64,000 nucleotides of DNA. Source: an uncultured Solirubrobacterales bacterium. GTDB lineage: Bacteria; Actinomycetota; Thermoleophilia; Solirubrobacterales; 70-9. The stretch lies in assembly GCA_963795625.1 (NCBI GenBank), contig CAWCIS010000006.1, positions 164,092 to 228,091 on the forward strand, written 5' to 3'. Shown here piece after piece: positions 1 to 9,544 of this stretch. A program made the translations under genes and the position numbers. The stretch's first letter is position 1. Each line of letters starts with the position of its first letter. Below the pieces are notes generated by a model. It ran no database searches. It was not told the DNA's origin and saw nothing but the letters and a program-made list of their open reading frames with translations.

Positions 1-112
1 TGCGTCGCGCTGATCGGCGCGTCCGCGAAATCTGCCGATGGTAATTTGCAGCGGAGATGGCGGGGGCCGTCGGATCGCCACTCTTCTGCCACCGGATTCG
101 ACGTGACGCACC

Positions 113-141
113 TTGATCGCTCAGCAAAAGCTGCCTATGAC
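113..141 (+). promoter_or_regulatory. putative sigma70-like promoter of secreted paralog 1 (TTGATC - 17 nt - TATGAC)
   Basis: TTGATC at 113-118 and TATGAC at 136-141. The same hexamers and spacing recur at the same distance upstream of all seven paralogs. The conserved ~55-nt leader ends in AAGGAG. Confidence 0.4.
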
Positions 142-196
142 TCTCAGGACCGCTCGGCCACAGGGGTCGGGCGACTACTACAAGGAGCGAGATCGA

Positions 197-916
197 ATGA
201 TCCGCAATCTCAAAGTCCTGTTGGCGGCCGCGATGGCGCTGGCAGCCTTCGGCGCCGTCAGCGCCGGCGCCGCTCACGCGGCAGAAGAATTCCACTGTCA
301 GGCGGGGGTGACTCCATGCACAATCACAGCGTCCCAGGATGGCGCCGCTGGTTCGGTGACAGGGTCGCAGGTATTCATCCCTAAAAACAAAGCAGGAGAA
401 ACCGCTTCCTTCAAATGTGGGACGGTGTCAGGAGGCGCGACATCGACCACCGTCACGACCCCAGAACTCACAGTCGGCGCAGCCGGCCTATTGGCATACG
501 GCAGCTGCAAAGTCAACGGCAGCTCTGAAGTCAAAGTCCGGATGAACGAATGCCATTACCTGTTTACAGCGCTCAATGGCGAAACGGTCGCAGGCTCGAT
601 AGTTCACGTCCTGTGCAAAACCGCGAAACACATCGAAATCGAAGTCCCCGAAACCGGCTGCGTATTTGAAGTGACACCGCAGACACTGACGGGGGTTCAT
701 TACCACAACATCGGCACCAAAGGAACCTCCTCGACAGAAACGACAGTCGAAGTAAGCACCAGCATCCCCACCGTCGAGGTCGGCAAAGTGGGTACGGGCT
801 GTCTTCCTAAAGCAGTTGTGGGAGAAACCCTCACTGCCGAATACAAAGGCAACGCGCTCGCCACAGCAGAGAAAGACAACGCCAGCAAAGAAATGGTCGA
901 AGGCTGGTGGGCATAG
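197..916 (+). CDS. Cys-rich secreted protein, paralog 1 of 7 (unknown family)
   Basis: ORF 113..916 trimmed to the ATG at 197, preceded by AAGGAG. Signal peptide MIRNLKVLLAAAMALAAFGAVSAGAAHA. Eight conserved Cys. Invariant C-terminus MVEGWWA. Confidence 0.85.
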   Translation: MIRNLKVLLAAAMALAAFGAVSAGAAHAAEEFHCQAGVTPCTITASQDGAAGSVTGSQVFIPKNKAGETASFKCGTVSGGATSTTVTTPELTVGAAGLLAYGSCKVNGSSEVKVRMNECHYLFTALNGETVAGSIVHVLCKTAKHIEIEVPETGCVFEVTPQTLTGVHYHNIGTKGTSSTETTVEVSTSIPTVEVGKVGTGCLPKAVVGETLTAEYKGNALATAEKDNASKEMVEGWWA

Positions 917-965
917 CCATCAGTTGACGGCATCATGACCGCTGAGTTAGCGATCACGATGTGAT

Positions 966-1001
966 GAAGCGAACGGGCCGCATTGGCGGTCCGTTCGCTT
1001 C
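966..1001 (+). terminator. stem-loop terminator after paralog 1
   Basis: GAAGCGAACGGGCCGC / GCGGTCCGTTCGCTTC forms a 16-bp stem (one G-U pair) with a 4-nt loop, followed by TT. Confidence 0.55.
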
Positions 1002-1020
1002 TTAGAAACCCGTGCATTTC

Positions 1021-1050
1021 TTGACAAGCACTATCCCGTGCCGATACAGT
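1021..1050 (+). promoter_or_regulatory. putative promoter of giant-protein operon 1 (TTGACA - 18 nt - TACAGT)
   Basis: Perfect -35 TTGACA at 1021-1026 and a TANNNT-type -10 at 1045-1050. It lies inside the 5' extension of ORF 1012..5256, which argues for the downstream GTG start. Confidence 0.45.
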
Positions 1051-1116
1051 CCAATGGGATGTCGGGATGAGGAGCATGGGAGTGCTCACCAGGGAAGTAG
1101 CGGAGGGGGGAATCCA

Positions 1117-4100
1117 GTGAAGAGCAAAATCAGCTCGGTGGGCTTGGCCTCTGTGTCGATAGCGCTTTTTTCTGTCGCCATAGCGTTTCTACTGGGAGTT
1201 TCTACCTCCGCAGTGGCCGAAATCGCACCCTTCTGTACTCCGGGAATCCAGGGGGGTAAATGCGAAGACCCACATGGGATAGCGGTTGACACCGAAACCG
1301 GCCGCGTTTACGTAGCCGACTCGGGCAACAACCGCGTTGATGTCTTCCGATCGGACGGCATCTTCCTTTTCACCTTCGGCTGGGGGGTAAAAACCGGCGC
1401 CAACGAACTTCAGACCTGCACCACGGGATGTCAAGCTGGGATTGCCGGCGCGGGCCTTGGTCAGTTCTCCTCGCCGAGCTGGATCGCGGTGGACAACGAT
1501 GCCGCCAGCTCATCCCGGCATGACGTCTACGTCGGCACCGATAACTTCCGCGTCCAGAAGTTCGATCCGAACGGCGAACTCGTCAAAGCTTTCGGTACTG
1601 AAGGCCACGTCGGCAAACAGGGAACCGGCGCCTGCGAATTCGCAAGGGAAAAGGATCCCATCGCCGTGGGCTCGGGTGGCAATGTCTACGTTGCCGACAG
1701 CTTCGATAAAGACGGTCCGGGAAGCGGCCACGTCTTCGTCAGTCGGATCATCGTCTTCAGCTCCAGCTCCTCGGGCGCTTGCTCCGAAATTGAATTACCG
1801 AATATTGAAGGGGACTTCAAGACGATCCAAGCCCTCGCCGTTGATTCGACCGGCCATATCTATGTAACGGTCGAAGCGGACGGCAGGGGCATCCGCAAAT
1901 ACAGCCCCTCTGGAGTACTAGAAAAAGAACTCGATGTCGCGACCGAAACGACGGAAGGTCTTTTTACCCCGAGCTTGTCGATCGATACCGCTGACAATCT
2001 ATTTGCCGAGCAGCTGGCAGAAAGACTGCTCGAAGGCGAAACCGTTGACTTCTTCACCGAGTACTCGCCAGCGGGGGTAAGGCTCAAACACTTCGGCTAT
2101 CTGATCCACCCTGGAGGCCTTGTAGTTCCCGCCCTCGCCGCATACCACAGTCCCAGCGGCGATCTCTACGCCAATGAGGGATCACAGGAAATCAAGTATC
2201 TGCAGCTACCCCCCCCGGGCCCGGTCATAGCCTCGGTGGCGTGCAAGGTGAAAGCAGAAACCCTCGGCAGCAGTAAGGCGACCTTGCAGGCCCGGGTCGA
2301 TCCGGAGGGGAAACAGACGACCTTCCGATTCGAATACGTAACGCAGGATCAGTTCGAACTGAACGAATGGGACCAAGCCGAAATCACCGATCCCTCCACG
2401 CTGCCTGCGGAAGTCGAACTGGAGGAAGCGACGATCGAAGTCAAAGGCCTGAAACCGGAAACCAAATACCATTGCCGGGTTGTCGCCGAAAACGTCGACA
2501 GCGCTACCCCGGTACATGGCGAAGAAGGCACCTTCACGACTCTGGAAGGATTTGAATTTGGCCCCGCCTGGAGCGGGAACGTAGGGGAAACCTCGGCGAC
2601 CATCTTTGTCGATGGCAATCCGCTGGAAACCCCGGCGACGGGCCAGATCGAATACGTCGAAGACGCCAAGTACCAGCCGGACCACTCCTTCGCCGAAGCC
2701 CAGAGCGCGCCGGCGCCGGAACTGGATTTCGGAAACGGCAACACGATGAAGTTGGTGCAGGTGACGCTGAGCGGCCTGAAGCCCGGCACCCTCTATCATT
2801 ACCGCTTGCGGGCTCGTAACGGGACGCCGCCGGAGGGGTTGATCTGCCCCGAACGTAAACCGGCCTGCCCCGAGCTCGAGCACACCTTCAGGACCTACTC
2901 AGTTGGTGCTGCCGGAGCCGGCGAAGCGGACCATCGCCGCTATGAGCTCGTCTCGCCGGGGGAAAAGAACAGCGCCGAAGTGGGGGTATTCGGGCCCGCT
3001 GCGGGCTTCTTCGAGGACCGCGCGATGCGGATCGTGGCGTCGGCGGGCTCCGGCGAAGCGGTCACCTACACTTCTTGGACCTCGTTCGGGCAGGCCGAAG
3101 GGTCTTTCGCGGCCAGCCAGTACCTCTCAAAGCGGACCGAAGGCGGCTGGGTGACCGCAAATACTTCACCCTTCGGCTTCGTCGCCAACGTCCTCGACCC
3201 GCCATATCTGGGCTTCACGCCCGACCTGGGCTACGGAGCGTTCAAAACGACCGAACCGCCGCTGACCGGGGACTGCCGCAAAGGCTCCGAAGACATGTAC
3301 CTGCGCGACAACGAGACGGGGGCCCTGCGTTGCCTCTCGCCGGAAATCTCCGGTGGGCCCAATGCAGCCTGCCTGGTTTTCGCCGGCGCGAGGGAAGACG
3401 GCGGCCGCGTATTCGTGGCCGGCAGACCCGAAGGCGGAGAGTCCTACACCTACAGCCTGTACGAATCGACGCCGAGCGGGATCCAGTTGATCAGCGTGCT
3501 GCCCAGCGGAGAACCGGCGCCGGCGACCCCTGGAACCTCCTTTGGTCCGTCGAGGAGTTCTAGCGGCCCCGAAAACTGCCAGGTCTCGCGCACGCGCCTG
3601 AGCTCGGCGATCTCCAGCGACGGCTCGAAGGTATTCTGGACCTATGTGCCGGAAGCTAGCGTGAGGGTCACCCCGACCGCACCGGGCACTCAGAAAGTGA
3701 CCGTCGCCGGGGCGACCGAAGGCGACTTCACCCTCAGCTTCCAGGATAAAACGACGGCACCGATCGCCCTCAAAGCAAGCGCCGGAGTGCTGCAGGCGGC
3801 GCTCGAATCGCTGTCGACGATCGGGGCCGGCAACGTGGAAGTGTCCGGCTCCGGGCCCTATGTCGTCACCTTCAAGGGAGCGCTGAGCGGCACCGAAGTC
3901 CAACTCAGCTCCAACGCCGGCAACCTTCGGGCTGAACTCACGCAGCTGCTGGTACGCGTCGACAACAGCAAAACCAACCAGCTCGATGCGCCACCACCAC
4001 CGCCTGCAGATCAGAAAAATGTAGGAAAAGGTCCGGCTGGCGGCGGCGTCTTCTGGGCCGCTGCCGCCGACGGCTCCGTCGCCTATTTCACGGCCACCGG

Positions 4101-5256
4101 CAGGCTCACCTCCTCCTCCAAAGCTGCTGCGGGAGAACCGGATCTCTACCGTTATGAACTCGGCAACGCCGAAGAACCGCTAACCGACATCACCAAAGGC
4201 TCGGTTCCGGGCAACGTGCAAGGAGTGGTCGGAGCCTCTGAAGACGGCTCTTATGTCTACTTCGTCGCCAAAGCGGCGCTGACGGGCGAAGCAACGAACG
4301 GCGCCGGGCTAAAAGCCGAAAAAGGCGGTGAGAACCTCTACCTCTACCACGAAGGCCAACTGACGTTTATCGCCACCCTTGCCGCCCCTGAAAACGGCTT
4401 AGGCCGAGACGAAAGCAACTGGTCATCGGAACTGCGGCGCCTAAGCGCCCGCGTCTCCGCCGACGGCAGGCACCTGGCCTTCCTCTCGATCGAAGCGCAG
4501 AAACTGGCGGGCTATGAGAACACCCGCGCCTCAGGCAAACCCTGCGAATACTCCCTGAACGAGAACAGCGCAGAATTCATCGGCAGCTCCCTCTGCTCGC
4601 AGGCCTTCCTCTATGACGCCGACAGCGGCAAGCTGACCTGCGCCTCCTGCAACCCCTCGGGAGCGCGGCCGAAGGGCCCGACGATCTTCCCCAACTGGAG
4701 CAACGGCTTCGAAGGCCCGCGCTACCTCTCCAACAACGGCAAGCGCTTGCTCTTCGTCTCCTTCGACTCGCTGCTGCCGACGGATATCAGCGCAAAGGGG
4801 GACGTCTATGAGTTCGAGCTGCCGGGGGAGGGGACCTGCAGCGAGGCCGCCCCGGCCTTCGACCCGGTCTCCGGGGGCTGCCACCTCCTCGTCTCCAGTG
4901 GCAAAAGCAGCGACGAAAGCTTCCTGATCGATGCGTCAAGCGACGGCCACGACATCTTCTTCTCGACCCGCGACAAATTGGTCGGCTGGGACGTGAACGA
5001 AAACTTCGACATCTACGACTACCGCGAAGGAGGCGGGTTCGCGGAACCGGTGGCAGCATCGGTATGCGGCGGGGAAGCGGGCTGCGTGCCGCCGGCGAGC
5101 CCGCCGCCCGCAGCCTCCGCTCCGGCCACTCCCGGTTTCAGCGGGCCGGGCAACGCGAAGCCGAAGAAGCAAAAGCCCAAGAAGAAGAAGCACAAGCAGG
5201 CCAAGCACAAGAAGAAGGCAAAGCACGCCGGCAAGCAGCGGAGGGCGGGTCGATGA
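1117..5256 (+). CDS. giant exported NHL / FN3-like / PD40 (TolB-like) beta-propeller repeat protein with Lys-rich C-terminal tail
   Basis: GTG at 1117 preceded by GGAGGGGGG. Hydrophobic signal/anchor SVGLASVSIALFSVAIAFLLGVSTSAVA. NHL-like motif GRVYVADSGNNRVDVF. FN3-like modules (TFRFEYV..YHCRVVAEN; YHYRLRARN). PD40-like repeats SSDGSKVFWT, AADGSVAYFT, SEDGSYVYFV, SADGRHLAFLS, SNNGKRLLFVS, SSDGHDIFFST. Tail KPKKQKPKKKKHKQAKHKKKAKH. Confidence 0.85.
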   Translation: MKSKISSVGLASVSIALFSVAIAFLLGVSTSAVAEIAPFCTPGIQGGKCEDPHGIAVDTETGRVYVADSGNNRVDVFRSDGIFLFTFGWGVKTGANELQTCTTGCQAGIAGAGLGQFSSPSWIAVDNDAASSSRHDVYVGTDNFRVQKFDPNGELVKAFGTEGHVGKQGTGACEFAREKDPIAVGSGGNVYVADSFDKDGPGSGHVFVSRIIVFSSSSSGACSEIELPNIEGDFKTIQALAVDSTGHIYVTVEADGRGIRKYSPSGVLEKELDVATETTEGLFTPSLSIDTADNLFAEQLAERLLEGETVDFFTEYSPAGVRLKHFGYLIHPGGLVVPALAAYHSPSGDLYANEGSQEIKYLQLPPPGPVIASVACKVKAETLGSSKATLQARVDPEGKQTTFRFEYVTQDQFELNEWDQAEITDPSTLPAEVELEEATIEVKGLKPETKYHCRVVAENVDSATPVHGEEGTFTTLEGFEFGPAWSGNVGETSATIFVDGNPLETPATGQIEYVEDAKYQPDHSFAEAQSAPAPELDFGNGNTMKLVQVTLSGLKPGTLYHYRLRARNGTPPEGLICPERKPACPELEHTFRTYSVGAAGAGEADHRRYELVSPGEKNSAEVGVFGPAAGFFEDRAMRIVASAGSGEAVTYTSWTSFGQAEGSFAASQYLSKRTEGGWVTANTSPFGFVANVLDPPYLGFTPDLGYGAFKTTEPPLTGDCRKGSEDMYLRDNETGALRCLSPEISGGPNAACLVFAGAREDGGRVFVAGRPEGGESYTYSLYESTPSGIQLISVLPSGEPAPATPGTSFGPSRSSSGPENCQVSRTRLSSAISSDGSKVFWTYVPEASVRVTPTAPGTQKVTVAGATEGDFTLSFQDKTTAPIALKASAGVLQAALESLSTIGAGNVEVSGSGPYVVTFKGALSGTEVQLSSNAGNLRAELTQLLVRVDNSKTNQLDAPPPPPADQKNVGKGPAGGGVFWAAAADGSVAYFTATGRLTSSSKAAAGEPDLYRYELGNAEEPLTDITKGSVPGNVQGVVGASEDGSYVYFVAKAALTGEATNGAGLKAEKGGENLYLYHEGQLTFIATLAAPENGLGRDESNWSSELRRLSARVSADGRHLAFLSIEAQKLAGYENTRASGKPCEYSLNENSAEFIGSSLCSQAFLYDADSGKLTCASCNPSGARPKGPTIFPNWSNGFEGPRYLSNNGKRLLFVSFDSLLPTDISAKGDVYEFELPGEGTCSEAAPAFDPVSGGCHLLVSSGKSSDESFLIDASSDGHDIFFSTRDKLVGWDVNENFDIYDYREGGGFAEPVAASVCGGEAGCVPPASPPPAASAPATPGFSGPGNAKPKKQKPKKKKHKQAKHKKKAKHAGKQRRAGR

Positions 5257-8200
5257 GCGCGGTGAGGAGGTCTCTGGCGATCCTGGCGGCCCTAACGGCG
5301 CTGGCTGCCCCCGCGAGCGCTGCTGCGGCAATCGAAAAGCCGGCCTGGAGCGTGCAGCCCCTGGCGACGCCGACCAACTTCCTGGCGGGCGAACAGAGCG
5401 AATTCAACAAGCAGCCCCGCTACCAGGTGTTCATCACCAACAGCGGCGGCGAAAAGACCAATTCGAGCCCGATCAGGATCACCGACACGCTGCCGGCGGG
5501 GGTGGTGGTGAAAAGCGCAGAGTTGGAACCGCCTCGAGGGTTTCTGGGCTCCCTGGGAAAAGTCTGCAAAACCAAAGTCGCGGGCCAAGTCAGCACGGTC
5601 AGCTGCGAAGTCGAAGAAGCGGTGCCGGCGGGACTGGAACCGGCGCGACTCTCACCGGGCAACCAGATGTTCCTGGAAATCAAAGTGGCGGTGCCGGCGA
5701 CGCTCAGCGGCGCGCTGGTCAACCGGGTGGAAGTGGAAGGGGGCGGCGCGGAAGCGGTGGCGGCGGAGGGGGAGAACGAAGTCAACAGCGAAAACCCTGA
5801 AGCCGGGTTCCAGGAATTCAGGGCCGAACTTACCGGGGCCGACGGGAGGCCGGCGAGCGCGGCCGACTCCCACCCCTACCAGTACACGACGAGCTTCGGG
5901 TTGAACGTGATCGCGGCGCCCCCGGGCGTCACGGGCTCGGTGGTGCCAGCGGGGGGCGATACGAAGAAGATCGAAGTGGCGCTGCCGCCGGGGCTGGCGG
6001 GGAACCCGACCGTGGTGCCGCCCTGCCCGGCGCAGCAGTTCACGACCCACCGTAACGTCTACTCCCCGACCCGGGAAAACTTCATCACCTCGAACGAATG
6101 CCCGGACGCCTCGGTGGTGGGGGTGGCCAACCTGGAGCAGCTGGAAGGGGAATCGGCGGTGTTGGCGACGCCGATCTACAGCCTCGTCCCGCCGAAGGGG
6201 ATGCCGGCACAATTCGGCTTCGAAGTCGTAGGCGGCCCGCTCTACATCAATACGAGGCTGCGCAGCGATGGCGACTACGGGATCACGGCCTTCCTGGCCA
6301 ACATCACCGAGGCGAAGCGGCTGACGGCGGGGCGGTTCACCTTCTGGGGGACGCCGTGGGATGAAAGCCACACGCCAATGCGGGGTGAATGCTCGAAATC
6401 GTGGGAAACGAAATGCAAAGTGCCAGGGGCCGACGGCGCGCGGGCGTTCCTGCGGATGCCGAGCTCGTGCGCGGATCCGCTGGTGACGACGATGAGCTTC
6501 ACGACCTGGACGCGGCCGCCGGCGGCCGCGGGCGAGACCTCGGGGGAAGCGGCACCGACGGCGTGCGCCGCACCGCCGTTCGGGCCGACGATCGAATCGC
6601 GACCGAGCACGGACGTGGCGGACTCACCGGCGGGCCTTCACTTCGACCTGCATCTGCCCCAGCGCGAGCACGAAGGCCCGGCGGACACGGGAGAGGCGGA
6701 CCTGCGCGACGTGGCGGTGGCGCTGCCGAAGGGGCTGGTGGTGAACCCGGCCTCGGCGGATGGGCGCGCCGCCTGTTCTCCCGCTCAAGTCGGCCTGGCG
6801 AGCGCGCCGGGAGCGAGCCCGATCCGCTTCAACCTGGCGGCGGCGAGCTGCCCGGACGCGGCGAAGGTGGGGACGGTGGAAGCAGTGGCACCGGCGCTCG
6901 ATCACCCGATCGCGGGGAGCATCTACCTGGCGACCCAGGAAGAGAACCCCTTCAACAACCTCATCGCCCTCTACGTCGTCTTCGAAGACCCCCGCAGCGG
7001 AATCGTGATCAAGCTCGCCGGCAAGGTCACCCTGGACCCGGCGACGGGACAGGTGTCGACGAGCTTCACGGAAAACCCGCAGGTCCCGGTCGAAGACTTC
7101 AAGTTCGACTTCTTCGAGGGTGCCAGAGCACCGCTTCGCACCCCGATGGCGTGCGGGGACTACACGACCACCTCGACGATGACGCCGTGGACCGCTCCCG
7201 CCGGCCTCAGTACGACGCCCTCAGACTCCTTCCACGTCGGCGCCGGCCCGCAGGGCCCCTGTCCGAGCGGCGCCTTGGACCCAAGGCTCGCCGCCGGGAT
7301 GGCGAACCCCAGCGCCGGCACCTACAGCCCCTTCAGCCTGCGCCTGACCCGGGCCGATGGCACCGGCGAATTCGCCCGCCTCACCACCACGCCGCCGCTG
7401 GGCTTCACGGCCCGCCTGGCCGGGGTCCCCTACTGCCCGCAGGCGGGGATCGACCAGGCGATCGCCCGCGAACATCCCGGCCAGGGCGCCCTCGAGCTCG
7501 CGAACCCGTCCTGCCCGGCGGCCTCCCAGGTCGGAACCGTCAGCGCCGGCGCCGGCGCCGGCCCCACCCCGATCTACACCTCTGGCAAGCTCTACCTCGC
7601 CGGCCCCTACAAAGGTGCCCCGCTCTCGCTGGTGGCGATCATCCCCGCGATCGCCGGCCCCTTCGACCTCGGCACCGTCACCAGCCGGGTCGCCGCCCGC
7701 CTGGACCCCGAAACCGCCCAGGTCACCGCGGTGGCCGACCCGCTGCCGCTGATCCGCTCGGGCATCGTGCTCGACCTGCGCGACCTGCGGGTCAACCTCG
7801 ACCGGCCGGACTTCGCCCTCGCCCCGACCAGCTGCGAACCAAAGAGCGTGGGGGCGACTGTGCAGGGCACCTCGGGCAACTCCGCCACCGTCTCCCAGCG
7901 CTTCCAGGTCGGTGGTTGCGGAGCGCTGAAGTTCAAGCCGTCCGTCTCCCTGACGCTGAAGGGCGGTACGAAGCGATCCGATCACCCGGCCCTCAAAGCG
8001 GTGGTCACCTATCCGCAGAAGGGCCGCTACGCCAACACCGCCAAGGCCTCGGTCGCCCTCCCGCACTCCGAGTTCCTCGAGCAGGCCCACATCCGCACGA
8101 TCTGCACCAGGGTCCAGTTCGCCGCGAACGCCTGCCCCAAAGGCGCGATCTACGGTAAGGCCAAGGCCTTCACGCCACTGCTCGACAAGCCCCTTGAAGG

Positions 8201-8525
8201 CCCGGTCTACCTGCGCTCCTCCTCCAACCCCCTGCCCGACATGGTCCTCGACCTCCACGGCCAGATCGACGTCGTCGGCGTGGCCCGGATCGACTCCCAC
8301 AAGGGCGGCATCCGCTCCAGCTTCGAAGCCGTTCCCGACGCGCCGCTCTCCAAGGTGATCGTCGAACTGCCCGCCGGCAAGAAGGGCCTGCTGGTCAACT
8401 CGCGCAACATCTGCAACCACACCAACCGCGCCACCGCCAACTTCACCGCCCACAACGGCAAGACCTCCGAGTCGCGGCCGGTGCTGAAGGACAGCTGCAG
8501 GGGCAAGAAGCGCAAGAAATCGTAG
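5253..8525 (+). CDS. ~1090-aa exported partner protein (DUF11/CARDB-like N-terminal motif, remainder unknown)
   Basis: ATG at 5253 overlaps the upstream stop (ATGA). Signal peptide MSAVRRSLAILAALTALAAPASAAAA. ITDTLPAGVVV motif. Colinear paralog of 18073..21270 (shared blocks GTPWDESH..RGEC, IYLA..NPF..L(I/L)ALY(V/L)V..(I/V)(V/K)(L/V)AGK(V/L)T(L/P)DP). Ends CRGKKRKKS. Confidence 0.85.
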   Translation: MSAVRRSLAILAALTALAAPASAAAAIEKPAWSVQPLATPTNFLAGEQSEFNKQPRYQVFITNSGGEKTNSSPIRITDTLPAGVVVKSAELEPPRGFLGSLGKVCKTKVAGQVSTVSCEVEEAVPAGLEPARLSPGNQMFLEIKVAVPATLSGALVNRVEVEGGGAEAVAAEGENEVNSENPEAGFQEFRAELTGADGRPASAADSHPYQYTTSFGLNVIAAPPGVTGSVVPAGGDTKKIEVALPPGLAGNPTVVPPCPAQQFTTHRNVYSPTRENFITSNECPDASVVGVANLEQLEGESAVLATPIYSLVPPKGMPAQFGFEVVGGPLYINTRLRSDGDYGITAFLANITEAKRLTAGRFTFWGTPWDESHTPMRGECSKSWETKCKVPGADGARAFLRMPSSCADPLVTTMSFTTWTRPPAAAGETSGEAAPTACAAPPFGPTIESRPSTDVADSPAGLHFDLHLPQREHEGPADTGEADLRDVAVALPKGLVVNPASADGRAACSPAQVGLASAPGASPIRFNLAAASCPDAAKVGTVEAVAPALDHPIAGSIYLATQEENPFNNLIALYVVFEDPRSGIVIKLAGKVTLDPATGQVSTSFTENPQVPVEDFKFDFFEGARAPLRTPMACGDYTTTSTMTPWTAPAGLSTTPSDSFHVGAGPQGPCPSGALDPRLAAGMANPSAGTYSPFSLRLTRADGTGEFARLTTTPPLGFTARLAGVPYCPQAGIDQAIAREHPGQGALELANPSCPAASQVGTVSAGAGAGPTPIYTSGKLYLAGPYKGAPLSLVAIIPAIAGPFDLGTVTSRVAARLDPETAQVTAVADPLPLIRSGIVLDLRDLRVNLDRPDFALAPTSCEPKSVGATVQGTSGNSATVSQRFQVGGCGALKFKPSVSLTLKGGTKRSDHPALKAVVTYPQKGRYANTAKASVALPHSEFLEQAHIRTICTRVQFAANACPKGAIYGKAKAFTPLLDKPLEGPVYLRSSSNPLPDMVLDLHGQIDVVGVARIDSHKGGIRSSFEAVPDAPLSKVIVELPAGKKGLLVNSRNICNHTNRATANFTAHNGKTSESRPVLKDSCRGKKRKKS

Positions 8526-8661
8526 CAGCGAGCGATCCGGGGCCAGATCCCTGCGTGGCGCGAACCCGCACACGCGCGAAGTAGCGACACGGCCCTTGCA
8601 GGGGAAACGCAGGATCTGACCGGTGGCATGGACCCATCCGGGCCGACCATCGTGCCCCAAC

Positions 8662-8690
8662 TTGATCGCTCAGCAAAAGCTGCCTATGAC
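8662..8690 (+). promoter_or_regulatory. putative promoter of paralog 2
   Basis: Same TTGATC-17-TATGAC motif and leader as 113..141. Confidence 0.4.
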
Positions 8691-8745
8691 TCTCAGGACC
8701 GCGCGGCCAGAGGGGCCGGGCGACTACTACAAGGAGCCAGATCGA

Positions 8746-9492
8746 ATGATCCGCAATCTCAAGGTCCTGCTGCTCAGCGCAATGGCGCTGGCAGCCTTCG
8801 GCGCCGTCAGCGCCGGCGCCGCTCACGCGGCAGAAGAATTCCACTGTCAGGCGGGGGTGACTCCCTGCACAATCACAGCGTCTCAGGATGGCGCCGCCGG
8901 CTCAGCGACAGGTGGGCAGGTGTTCATTGTCAAAAACAACCAACCTAAACCAGAAACCGGTTCCTTCAAATGTGGGACGGTGTCAGGAGGCGCGACATCG
9001 ACCACCGTCACGACCCCAGAACTCACAGTCGGCGCAGCCGGCCTATTGGCATACGGCAGCTGCAAAGTCAACGGCAGCTCTGAAGTCAAAGTCCGGATGA
9101 ACGAATGCCATTATCTGTTTACAGCCCTCAATGGCGGAACGACCGCAGGCGCGATAGTCCACGTCCTGTGCAAAACCGAAAAACACATCGAAATCGAAAT
9201 CCTCGAAACCGGCTGCATATTCGAAGTGACACCGCAGACACTGACGGGGGTTCATTACCACAACATCGGCACCAAAGGAACCTCTTCGACAGAAACGACA
9301 GTCGAAGTAAAAATCCCCAACTCCCCCCCCACCTCCCCAGGTATCACCGTCGAGGTCAAAGCAGTGGGTACCGGATGCCTTCCCAAAGCAGCCGTGGGAG
9401 AAACCCTCACCGCCGAATACAACGGCAACGCGCTGGCTACAGCAGAGAAAGACAACACCAATAAAGAAATGGTCGAAGGCTGGTGGGCATAG
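8746..9492 (+). CDS. Cys-rich secreted protein, paralog 2
   Basis: ORF 8623..9492 trimmed to MIRNLKVLLLSAMALAAFGAVSAGAAHA. Carries an insertion KIPNSPPTSPGI in the variable patch. Ends MVEGWWA. Confidence 0.85.
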   Translation: MIRNLKVLLLSAMALAAFGAVSAGAAHAAEEFHCQAGVTPCTITASQDGAAGSATGGQVFIVKNNQPKPETGSFKCGTVSGGATSTTVTTPELTVGAAGLLAYGSCKVNGSSEVKVRMNECHYLFTALNGGTTAGAIVHVLCKTEKHIEIEILETGCIFEVTPQTLTGVHYHNIGTKGTSSTETTVEVKIPNSPPTSPGITVEVKAVGTGCLPKAAVGETLTAEYNGNALATAEKDNTNKEMVEGWWA

Positions 9493-9544
9493 TCATCAGT
9501 CGACTACATCCCGATTGCTGCAGCTAGCGATCAGGACGTGACGA

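Noticed and set aside
1012-1116. Upstream start (1012) for the giant protein, and the N-terminal extensions of ORFs 113, 8623, 10762, 11642, 12647, 13676, 5064 and 17656
   Set aside because: The extensions cover predicted promoters, hairpins or upstream genes. They precede obvious signal peptides that have good SD or ATGA-coupled starts.
7221-8660. 479-aa antisense ORF inside partner-1 gene (and similar ones at 16658..18052, 19999..21231 and 21678..23432)
   Set aside because: They are Gly/Arg/Ala/Asp-rich antisense shadows with no start context or motifs.
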